Shown in pieces: positions 1-12,600 of a stretch of 64,000 bases of DNA; position 1 is the first letter of the stretch; the number at the start of each line of letters is the position of its first letter. The stretch comes from Enoplolaimus lenunculus. Lineage: Eukaryota. Both the position numbers and the translations under genes were made by a program. The notes under the pieces are model-generated. The model saw only the letters and a list, made by a program, of their open reading frames with translations. It was not told the origin of the DNA and ran no database searches. The stretch is taken from contig JASANG010001414.1 in the NCBI GenBank assembly GCA_030248215.1, positions 620,001 to 684,000 of the forward strand. Direction: 5' to 3'.

Positions 1-662
1 AGGCTTTTACAAATTTAAAAATTTAATTCGAAAACGCCGCTCAAATATAAACAAGGCGAAGAATAAAATTCAAAATGCTTGTTGCATAAGCTCAAACTTT
101 AGAATAAAATACATTATCGGCTGTAAAACTTAAAACGAACACTGTGTGAAGAAGTTTCAGAACCAGGGGCGTATAGGAAAGGGCGACCAATGTATAGAGC
201 AGCGCAGTAACAGTACAAGTAGTATACATATTTCAAAGCCTAAGCCTAAGCTTAAAAATGAGCTTACACTTAAGCCTAAACATAAGCAAAAAATTAGTCT
301 AAAGTTTAAGCTTATTGCAGTCTACCAGAAAAACGTTCCGACCCTGATGTGTATCCGCGCCGAAAACAGAATATCAACGATATATACCTTCTCAAAATAT
401 TTCACAAAACGGTAAAAAGGTTCTTTTACAGGGCTAAAAGTTTCCGTGCTCTGATACAGCCGCTTACAACTTATAAATCGGATTATACAATCCCGGAATA
501 GAATCCTTTTTGAGTTTTGGTTAGAAACAATACGACAATTCTCCTGCTAAGCATTCAGCAGATAAATGAAAATTTATCAAAAAGATTAAAGTCCCCTCTT
601 ATAGCTCTAGGTTTAAGAAGGAATTTGTCTTGCAACAGCCAATTTGCTATTGACAAACTTAC

Positions 663-3600
663 TAGTAGGAACTGAAGTGCGACAGCAAAGATTCGGAGGA
701 ACAATACATTGATAACCGAAATTACACAATCCATTAATACAAGGACCTTCGGCGATCTGATTGTCTGGACAGCGGTCTAAAACCAACGGCCAACCTTTCG
801 GACTGTAGTTTTTGAGCCAATCCTCAGGTTTATTACGTCCCTCCGCTCTTGTTTTAGGTTACGGCTTGAGTTTAGGCATAGACTCAGGAATATGCAGCGG
901 CGGATCCAAAAATTTGTGATTGGGCATGCTATATAAGTACAATTTTTTTGCAGTGGAAACATTGTAAAATAGGGACCTTATCATTTTATCACAAAAAAAA
1001 TTTCTGACGGGGTTGGCGTACACCAAGCCTACTCAGCATCCGCTGGTAGGAATAACGAAATACTTAGTTTTAGGCTTAAAAATTAAGCGTTTTCCTACGC
1101 CTAAAAATTAACCTAAGACTGAATCTCTGTTGAGGGATGGGTAAAAGAGCTGAAACTGCAATTAACAGAACGTTTTTACACCGTTAACTTGATAACAACA
1201 AAATGCTGACGTGTCAAATTGAATACTTTAAGTACCATGAGTAGTAAAAAATTAACTACATTAATTTTAACGAACTTTTAAAAATTGTTGAAAAACTTAC
1301 TCGACGGTCCACAACATAAATTGTTTTCACACGTGTATCCGAGTCCACAGTAGCCATTGATGCATTCAGCAACCGCTACACTACCATCGGAACACGTATC
1401 TAGAACAAAAATATGAATTTAGGGTTGAGCTATACGTAAGGTTGCTCTCTCTCTTCACAACAAGCATGCCCGAAGCCAGCTCGACTTGCTGGGTGGCTGA
1501 AAATTCTTTAGGAAGGATATGCTAGGCTTTTCGATGGCTTTACAAGCAAGATTGAAACATTTCTAGACTAGCCAAAGGTTTCCAAAGGAGGCTGAGCCAC
1601 CCCTGGCCTACCTACGGCTACGGGTTCGACCATAAAACTTGAGATTTAGAAGTATTAAGCTAAAGTTACTTATCATTTCAGCGCAACAGATATATCCAGG
1701 TGACACGCAAGTAAATCCGTCGCCGCGAGTAGCTCCATTTAAGCATCGAGCGACTCATGGAAGTTTGAAACTTTTCTGGGAGATAAAATTCTTTCCAGGG
1801 AAGGCTGAGGCTCCCTTTTGGCTACGGGCCCAGCAACACTTGAAATTAAGCACAACTAAGAGAACGTAACTAAGCTAAAGTTACTTGTCATTTCGGCGCA
1901 ACAGATATATCCAGGTGACACGCAAGTAAATCCGGCACCGCAAGTAGCTCCATCTAAGCATCGACCAACTGGCTGGCTTTGATCCGGACAGACTGCTGAA
2001 ATTTAAGACATTTAATCTATTTATTTGGCTTGTTTCATCACCGGAACCAAAGTCATGATCCGTGGAGCCACGCAAATTCTATATGTGGCATAGCTTGTCG
2101 GGTAAATTGATCTCAGTTACCCTTAAAATTTATTTAACAGAAATAAACTTCGTCGAGACCGACGTGTTCATCTTGATCCGCTTTCGTCTGTACGCAAACT
2201 CGTATTTTTGCATTTGAAAAATGTTTATACGTGCAATAAAAGCTTGTGGTTTGAAAGGAAAAAATTTCAAACAAATTTTTAGCTTACCGTTATTTCTTTA
2301 CTAAATTAATGCTAAAAAAATTTAAAGCTTGGGACAGTGCCGGAGCAGGCTTGGGTGGGTGCGCCAAAATTCCAGCGTGGGAAACACTTGCGATGATCAA
2401 AACATTTTTCAAAATTTGTTCGTTTAAAATCTTGTTAGGGAGGGAGTGCTCCTTTTTGGAGTGGGGTTCCCCAAACGGGGGGTATGGTGGGTGACTGCTT
2501 CTCCCAGGCTATGAATGGTTCAGGCCATGCTGGCCTAAAAACCAAAAAAGCGAAATTCCCAAAAAATATAAAGTAGTCTTAAGAAACTTTACAATATTGC
2601 GGCATGCATATATGCTTGTATAAATACGATGGTTAAAAAACTAAAATATGGTTTAGAGTATATATACAGAATGGTATCAGGACCGTAGCCAGCTCACTGA
2701 ACCGACCCTGCCCCTCCTTGGCTATGAGCCCGAGTGGTATGCAACAGTCGGTATAACTTGCATTGGTCTAGGAACTATCCTAAATTGGCAAATATATCAA
2801 ACCAACTACTAACGTCATAACTATCTACACTGTTCCTGATGATAAAAATTAAAATTTGATTCAGGTTTAAGCCTTAAATTGCTTTAAAGGATATTTCAAA
2901 ATTTATGGACTTCAAGAACATTGTGTTTTCTATTGCCCAAAATTGCTGTCAGAAAGTCTGATCTGACTAAAAGCTAAAATGGCCCCAATTATACTAGGTA
3001 TACTGTGACACTTTTCAGTCTTACAAATCTGGTCAATCACTTGACTCGCCCCACAACACAACGAATATGAATTATAATTTGAGACCGTCTGGCACAGGCC
3101 GTAAGGACAATCGGTACAAGATGCAGACCAGTACTGACATCCGGCTAAAAGCAAATTAAAAGGATTAATTCAAATTTGTATTCTGGATTCCAGTGTACAA
3201 CCGGAGGTCTGCGTCAGGCTCCGGCAAAAAATCGACCTGAGGCACCGGCTCCGATAGAATTTTTTGCCGAAAGTTCCGGCTGCACCCTGGTCGATTATGA
3301 ACGAAATCACTGTTTAAATTTAAACCGCAATTTTAGAAGTGCTGCTCAAGAAAGCCACGATTAAGAAACGTATATTAATTTCTAGCCTTAACCACAACCC
3401 AGCTTATAGATTTGAAAATGATCTGTACTGCTCATTCATTACTTAGATTTGAAGTTTTCAAACACAAAACTAGTAAAATTTTGCTTAAATCTAAGCTTAC
3501 GCGCAGCGATTTGCAGCAGGAGCGATATTATATCCTAGCGCTTAAAGCCTTCATGAAATATGGCTGCGTTCGCTAGCGGATCTACAGGGGAATCGGTAAG

Positions 3601-6600
3601 GGCGTACGGCGTTCCAAATTAGAAGTTTTGGTGAAAAAATGGTAAGTTTTCTACCCTACAATTATTGCCTTTGGAGAATTGACGCATATATAGCATGCAG
3701 TTTATTGCGTTTCATAAGTTTTGCTAATCTAAGCCGGTCAGAAATTTGTGGATCCGGCGCTGGCTGCATTAATAGATTGTTACGGTGAGTGGCCAAGAAA
3801 TAGCATTGTTGCGGTGAGTGGCCAAGAAATAGCATTGTAGCTGCAGTTGAGAAATAGTTGGTTCGGCCCATGTATAGAACAGGGCCGGAAAAGTAGTATA
3901 AGCATATTTCTAAGCCTAAGCCTAAGCCTAAGCATATGGATGAGCCTATTCGTAAGCCTAAGCCTAAGCCTAAACCTAAGCCCATGCAAACAATTAGTCT
4001 AAAGCTTAAACTGACTCTATTATAGCCCGTTCGGAAAACGATCCTACCCTGTTCTATACAGGGGCCGTTGGTTTTTGCTCATGTACACTTCCTCTCGCAG
4101 TTTTTGAAATTTTCAAAGTTTGGCACAAACTAGGCTTAGGTTTAAAGTTAAGCGTATGGGAAAGTATACAAGTGCAAAATGGTGAATGAAAATATAATAT
4201 AAATACGACATGCTAAATAATTCGCAAGCAAATTTAAATTTTTGAACTGAGGAAGTTTGTTGCTTTGCGTATTGAATAGAGAATGATTTTGAAAACGTCT
4301 ATAATGAATTAGGTATGAAAATAATAAATTAAATTTAAAATTATGACTTGGTATGCTGAAAGTAGATTAATAAATCTCACCCTTCGTGTGAAAAATTAAA
4401 TCAGCTGAGTTAAAAGGGAAAGCTATTACTTCTTGAAATCTAACTGGTATACGCCAAATAATGTGAAGTTGAGTTGTTGGGATCCTATGAAAAATAAAAA
4501 CCACTATTTTAATATATATGTCGTAGCCCAAGCCGTAATTTGGCCTAATTACGTATTGGGTTCAGTGAAAATCGGAATTAGGACTTTGGCTAGTCCGTGG
4601 TGAAATTCTCTTTGTCAAAATGTGTATGGTTTTGTCTGGTTATTACTAAACTGTAGACAACCCGGATTCAGCTTTTGACTCGTCCAACCGGCGGGAAATT
4701 CAAATATTGGCGGGAGATTCAAATTTTGGCAGGAAAATTTAAATTTTGGCGGGAAATTCAAATTTTGGCGGGAAAACATAAATTTTGGTTGTACATTCAC
4801 TTTTTGGCGGAAACACGTCAAAATTCATATTTTGGCAGAAAAATTCCAATTCTAGTCGAAATATTCAAAGTTAAGCGCGAAATTCAAACTTTTGGGCAAA
4901 TTCTAACTTTGGCGCAAGAAACAACATACAGTTAATATACCTTGCCATTTTTCAGACATGTCCTAATAATAGGCTGCAAAAAATAACATACTAGCAGAGT
5001 GTGAAAATAATTACTGTGTGCAAAAAATAGCTGTAATTTTATTGCTAGTTTACAATAATATAACATGGACATTTGACATTGTCGAGCGCAGTATATTAAC
5101 CTGGATGATACATTACGCCTTGGACTACGACATATACACTGGTTTATATTTTTTAATACTTTACACATGTTGGATTAGACTGGTTTATTGTTTCCATAGA
5201 GGGGTCAAATCCGTACAGTTTACCTTTAACAGAGTAAGAATTTCGTGCATATATATAAAACATATGATAAAGTGGAGAGAGTAAAATATACTAAGAAAGC
5301 GACTAAGTATATAATAGTTAACTGTACATCAAACACTTGGGTAAATGTGGGTTTGCCGAAATACCTGAATAACAACAGTAACCATTTTGGCACGTATATC
5401 CTTCAGGACATTCGTAACGACCAACAGTACAGTAGGCTGGTTCTGACAACGGAGCTGAACCATCCGGACATTTGTCTGAAACAATATATTTATAAGGTAA
5501 AAAAAGCTAAACTGGTCACTTAGCCACAATGCCCAAACTAATTTTAAATAGTGAATTTTTACTTTTGTAGGATGTGAGCATCGTGCTTGAATCGGCAAAC
5601 AAAATTTTATGTATTAAAAAATATAAAAATTAAAAATAAAACATTAAAATATAGAAATCAAAATCAAACATACGAATCGGCATCGGGGCTCCATACGGAT
5701 TCGGCGTTGTAGGAGGTCCATAAGGCTTTGGTGACGGTGGTACGTAAGGTGTTTTCGTGGGTGGAGGATACGGTGCGTACGTCTCAGGTTTATACGGCGC
5801 TGGGGTCGCTGGATGATAAGGTGCCGGAGCAGGGGCTGGGTACGGGACTGGGGCAGGAGCACCATAGCCCCCACCTGAAGGTTTTGGGGGAATCGGAACC
5901 GGACGGGGTGCAGGCTGGTACGAAGGTTTGGGGGGATACACCGGCTCGGGTATGTTTTGATATCCAACTTGAGGTTTATGCCCTCCGTACGCGTCCGGTT
6001 GAACGGGTGGTGCGGTGAACGAATAACGATCAGGGGTGGTGAGGGGTGGATTGATGCTTCCTGGGCAACATAATCCTGTTAGTTGGTCGCAAATCAATGA
6101 CGATGGTACAAGAGGTTCAACGCAGTCTTCGTCCGTGATACACGTTCGGCTTGGATCTGGAGGGAAACTGCCGTCTGGGCAGGTTGCTAAAATTAGAAAA
6201 ATCAGTTTTTTTATTTTCAAACGCATAATATAGTCGAAGGAGCCTGCTGCAGAATCAACTAAAATTTCGACCGTTCAGTTTTAATTAATGCTGACACCGT
6301 GTTGGCTATTCGCAGAACAAACCCTAAGATGCACTTAGTTAATAGGCAAATTTAGTGTGTGTGACTTCAGGGTGGGAGCCTCCCACGAACTTCAGGGTGG
6401 GGGCTCCACACAAACTTCAGGGTGAAGGCTCCCCAGAATCTTCAGGATGGAGGCACCCACAAACATCACGGTGGGGGCTCCACACAAACTTCAGGGGGGG
6501 GGGCTCCCCACAAACGTCAGGGTGGGGGCTCCATACAATTTTCAGGGTGGGGGCTCTACAAACTTCGTGGTGTGCCCCCCAAACTCGTGAGCGAGAAGTC

Positions 6601-9600
6601 AGATGCGTTTTAAAACTTCGGCGGTTTTTATTTCAACGGGCTAGGGTGGAGGCCCCTAAATCCCCCCAAATGGGTGTGTGGGGTGTGGCTGCTCCGGCTT
6701 TGATTGAGTGTGTACTGCGAAACACAAACTGCACCAGGTACTTGCAACAGCGATAGTTCCAATCTGGTTTGGGTACTGGTTGCTATTAGTGATAATCACT
6801 GGGTCCGGTTTCGACTCGGGGTTGCGTAATAAAGATCAATGATTATAGGCACTACTGTGCTAAATGCTACCCTTAAAAAACTAATTCCAATTATGTCAAT
6901 TAAACTCTTTCACATTTGAAATTAAATTGTTGAAGTCAAAGCCAATGTTATTGTAATGAATATATATATACTCTGTAAACCTCAATAATGCAGTCAATAG
7001 GCAAAAAACAAGTGCAATAGTGCAATACAGTGTATATAAGTGCAACTTGAATCTGAAATGACGAAAATTGACTTTTAGAATTTTACACTTTATAGAAACA
7101 CATATTTTTGAGATAAATATGGCTTTAAAATCAGCACCATTTTCTATTATTTGTCATTAAAATTTACCTTCAATTTCAACGGGAAAAACACGAAATCTGC
7201 TTTTCAAAAGTACTTTAACGCAAATAAGTTAAATAATTTAAAATTTGGATAGATTTTAAATTAAATTTGTTTTCAGGTTTTATGGTTCAAGTTAATATTT
7301 TAATTGTACAAACGGTCGAAAGTGAAAATCATCAGCTCGGCTTGGCAAAATGTTACTCGAGCCAAGTTTTATTTTGACGATTGTTGTTTTAAACTTACAA
7401 AATAAATATTGTTTAAATTCTCAGTGAAAAATTCAAACCAACATTCAAAATATCTCTTTTACTCATAAAATTAACCGATGCAAGCTAGACATCCTTAACA
7501 TTCTGATTTCCAGGGCAAAATGCCACTTGACAAATAATTTACTAAGCGCTAAGATTAAAGATTTTACGTCTAAAATTTTAAAAAAGTAAAAATAACAAAG
7601 TAGAAATATTATTTTAACTAAATTCGAATTTAAAGCTGAATATCGCTAAAGAACCAACACACAGTTAAGTAGTCAAAGTTAATTGTGAACAGCGAGAGAT
7701 AAGTAAAACCAGTCATTTCTGACCAAGGCCCATATTCTCAAATGTGTATAGCAACTATTATCAGTTAGTAATATGTTTTCAAACTCACTATTGCAGTTGT
7801 AGAAGTTAAAATTGGTATAGGAGTGGAGCAAACCATATGCAAATATTGTGCTGTATATTAAGTTTCAGCATTCACTGATTTGAAAGTTACAAGACCAATC
7901 ACCATCTGATGATAGGTGCTGCACATATTTAAAAATACGGGCCCTGAGCCAAGTTTAACTTAACCAAACTACAGCTGTAAGCATGAGAGACATGGTTGCT
8001 CCAGCACACATGAAATGATTGCAATGCACGCAGGTCTGTAGCCAGATCACCTTGCAAGAGGAATGGAACAGTTTTAGGAGTGACGTATAAGACTTTGCGA
8101 TGATTTACAAGTAAGTTTGAAACTTTTCTTTAGAGGCAACGTTTTTCCACTGGGTTGAGCCTTCCTGGCCACTCTGTGGTTGCGATCCCGAAGGTATGTT
8201 GTATGGAGAGCCATTCTTCTCGCCATATCGTCGACGATAAAACCAATCGGAGCCTTGGACTGCATTTTGTAGCGTTAGAAAGTGCGCAGCGTGAGAAATT
8301 GAAATAACTGCGTATGCTTGGTATTACAGCTGCTTAGTGAAAAAGTCTGAAGTATTAAGGCACAGTTCCTAACCTTGACTGTCATCAGCGAGCTAATCAT
8401 ACAAGTTCAGTGCAACTAACAATTGTGCAAAGTGCAAATGTGCAAATTTTGTGCAATTGCGTCTCAACTTACGCGCTTGTCTCTCGATGCCCGAGGTTTG
8501 AGACCCTTGCTCAACATTATTGGATGAAGTATTCTCAGTTGTAGGAGCTATTTGTTGTCGTCGAATTTGTGTTCTAGTAAGCTTTCTAGGCTTTTTAGCT
8601 GACCCGCCTCCTCGTGTTCGCGGATTCTTCACTAGTTGCCTAACGGACGCTTTTAGACGCCGCGGTCGAGTTAAGTGATTCCGAACATTTTTCAGCTGCT
8701 TAAGTTTAGCTGAAATTTGAACAGTTGTGAGGTTGTTTTTTTAGATTTTATGTATGGGAATGACGGATCGCTTTTTAAAATTTACACTTAACATGTTTGA
8801 AGGTTTGAATTTTTCGTAAATTTTGCATTGGCTACTTATGACAGAGGTGGTCTTATATGCTCTGGCCCATGTTACTTTGAAGGACGTACCGTTTTTCTGT
8901 AAGACTGCAATAGGCTAAGCTTTTAGCTTTACACTAATTTTTATGCATAGGCTTAGGCCTATCCCGAAAAATACTTATACTGCGGTTACGTCCCTCAAAG
9001 TAACATTGGCCTTTAATTGTTTTTAGGACACATGTTTGAACTTAGCTGTTAGCTTGAAAATCATAAACATTTAGTGGTTGTTCTAAGATTTACGGGGCTG
9101 CCAAACTCTAAAATTGGAACACCAGTTGAACAGTGGCCACAGAGAAAGTTTAATTGAATTAAGTCTTTAGCAAGACCTGAGTCATATATTTTGGACGAAC
9201 GAAACAGCTAAATGTAAACATAGAAACAGTGGCCAATCCAGAAATTGTTGACGGAGAGATGACGTATATATAGTTTAAATTTCTTGCGAGCAGAGAAATC
9301 AAAAATTTGTAAGGTAGGGACATTTACCATTTAATCATGAAAATGTTTTATTAAGATTGGTATGTTTAGGCAGCCGAGAATTGTTTTGTTTGAAAAACAA
9401 ATCGTTATATCAGATCCCAGAAACATGACAACTTACGCGGAGGGGTCGGAAGTTCCGTAGTTGTCGGAGGTAACGTTGGTGGCAGGGTGGTCGGCGGTTG
9501 AACAACAAGACAACAGCGTCTGAATTGGACGTTGCAAGTGTATCCTCGAGGGCAGCCGCGGTTTGTGGCGCATGTCGTTTGTAGTGCAGCAAATCCACCC

Positions 9601-12600
9601 GGGCAAATAAGGGCTATAAATTAAAATAATTGAAATATTAATTTGGAGGACATTCTGTAAATAATTATTGGCGCACCCACAGCAAGAAGACGGCCAGGAC
9701 GCATCAACCGCTCCCCCCTAGAAAAAATTTTAACTCCACTGTGAAAGTTTTGTCCCCACTTGTAAGTATGGCTACGAAACTGATCGTTGATTTGGAGCAG
9801 GTTCGCCACTCCAAAACTATTCATTGGACATACAGCGTTCTAGCGATTTACATCTGTATTAACGAAACGTATCACGGCAATTCATCGCCCGACAACTCGT
9901 CGCCTGACAACTTGTAATCCGAAATTTCATTTACTCGAATTTGTGATACAAACTTATAAATTTACAGCAACAATATATAACGTCAGTGAAACTAGCATCA
10001 TACTGCAAACAACAAAGAGGTGATATAACAGTAAGCGACTCTAAAAGCAAAGGTTTATACGAATTTGAAAAATTGGTAATTTCTAAAATTTTCTATAACT
10101 AAAAATAAGTTAAAAACTAAAATATTCTGCGTTGGTTATGAATTTGACGAAATTTTTTATTATTTGTACAATTTCAACGCAAACGTACGCTTTTGAGGAC
10201 AACAACCTCCAGAAACACACTTCTGCCGTGATGGACACGCGTTATTCGTTGTGCAAAGTGTTTGCGATGTTTGACCATTTGGGCAGACCGCTATCAACAA
10301 GTATTCAGTAAACGATTTTCGCACTGCATCGTCGGTCAATGTTACTTTTACGGCCGTAACAATAGATTAAGCGTATTCCTAAGCCTAAGCCTAAGCCTAA
10401 GCGTTGCAAAAGCGTATTACTAAGCCTAAGCCTAAGGACGTCTCTTAATTCAAATGCAGTAGAGTAAGCTTAAACATTCGACTAACTTTGTATTTTGACT
10501 TAGGCTTAGGCTTAAGTATAATCTTACTCGTATACCTAGACGTTGGCTTAGGCATAGGCTTAGGTTTACAAATATGCGTATACTAAAATTACGTCCCTGT
10601 TCTATAGAATAGCCATCAGTTTAAATCTTGGCCTGATTCTGTGGAAAATTTTTTATCCATCCTTGGCACGTTTGCCTAAATACGGACAGAACGCCAGTCT
10701 ACAAAGCATGAACCCACTAATGAGGAACTCTTTGCCTAATTTGCTGGCCGGCACACGTGTACACATTGGTCCACGCGGGACGTATGCAAAGCGAGATGGG
10801 ATTGATAATCTAACAAAAATCCGTTCTGATCCTAACAAACATAAACAACTCGTTAAAAATTTCTATCCTACAAAATGCAATATTGAGTTTCAGCAAATAT
10901 TTAATTAGAAGTAAAGCCCCATTTGAACCGTAGCGCCTTGCATACTAACTATTAGCCTAAATCTAAGTCTAAACCTAAACCTTACAAAAAACCTGGAGAT
11001 AAGCCTAGGCATAAGTCTCAGGCTAAGCCTCAGCCTAAGCTTAAGCCTAAAGCTCCACAGTGTTTAAGTTTCCGAGTCAGGCAAATAATCCTTAAAAGGG
11101 CCGAATCGAAATGGTTACTTACGTCTCGAAGGGCCAGCATGAACCACCGAACCAGGTATTTGGCTTGCCGATGTGCATCGTTGTTGAGCAATGTTGTATA
11201 CTGTTTGCCCTGGGCATTGCATTCGAACCCATGTTCCAGAAGAAGTTCTGAAATTTATGAAACAAACAGCTGACAATTGACGATTTTAATATTTGCCAAT
11301 TTTAAAAAAATTAGAAATATAAACGTTCGAAACGAAAAAAATAAATTCGATTCCTTTTAGGGTTGCTCTTTACTTTTGTTGACGTCCGACGACGTCCGTC
11401 AACTGTCCGGTGAAGTCAGTCACTCCTACGGCGCTCACCGTCCTTCGTTCGTCAGGCACCGTCCGTTACCGCCCATCGCTATACTGTATCATACGTGTGT
11501 AATTTGCGTACGATAACGCATGGTGACGGACCATGGCGGACGGCACCGTACGGATGACGGATGGCGCCGGACGGGTGACGGACGGCGCCGGACGGGTGAT
11601 GGACGGCGACATACAGGTGACGGATGGCGCAGTATGAGTGACGGGACGCGTATCGCGCCACCCTTACTGCGTCTGAAATTTATCTTTTCAACTAGTTTTT
11701 AACTCAAACAATACTATAAATAACAAAACAGCGTAGTTAATAGTTATTTCTGAACTAATATCAGTAAACATTAATACACTCTGAGTTGAGTTGATCCTTA
11801 CTCTGAGTTTTGTAGACTCTGGGTGAGTCGATTCATTAATTCAGAATGAATTGAATCAACTCAAAATTCTAAGTTCTGAAAGTCCCATTTCAGACTGAGC
11901 GATTCAACTCATTCTGAGTTAAAATCAATTCACTGAAAATTACAGTGTTGAGAAATAAAAAAAGCTAACGGAATCGTATAACGCTTAACAATGCTCACCC
12001 AGATTGAGGTTGAGCACACTGCAAAAAGTATCGCGGACTCAATTGATCGTTTTGCGGCTGTTGACCTGAGCAACACGAGCCACCGGGTTGCGCTGGTGTT
12101 TGACCTAAAATTAGGCTCGGATATTAGTTGAAATATTGTGACCCAATTTAATTATGCGAGCCTGGTATTTGAAAAAAAGGAAAAAAGTATTGTGGATTTG
12201 GTAAGTGGGAGGCTTGGGCTTATAGGGCTTAGGCTCAGACATAGTTTTATGTTTTGGTTTAGGCTTAAACTAACGTTTAAGTTTAGGATAATGTCTAAAC
12301 ATGGGCTAAAATTTAGGCTTCAGCTTAAGTTTAGCCGGAGTTAAGATGCCCATATGATTAATATGGGTCTTAGCTGTAAATGTCTCACAGATCACAAGTG
12401 TGTTGTTGAACATTTTTACAGCTACTATAGCTGAGAATTACTTTTGCAGTCAACGCCTTAGGTTTGTGGTACATTTGATAAACATGTGTACCTTAAATCT
12501 ACACAGACCTAGGCTATTGTACAGTTTTCACACATACTTATATAACATAAAGGCTTAGGCTTAGCTTTCCGCTTTATATGCATAGGGAACGCCTAGTGCT

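Noticed and set aside
3662..3989. ORFs rich in LGLGLG / LRLRLR / KPKPK (also near 19084-19442, 25388-25594, 44892-45128, 57634-57831)
   Set aside because: They are translations of TTAGGC arrays within MITEs, with no splice or domain support.
7789..7850. Minus-strand exon candidate with a gtgag donor
   Set aside because: It lies inside a Harbinger-like MITE (~7727-7943) and its phase does not fit the gene model.
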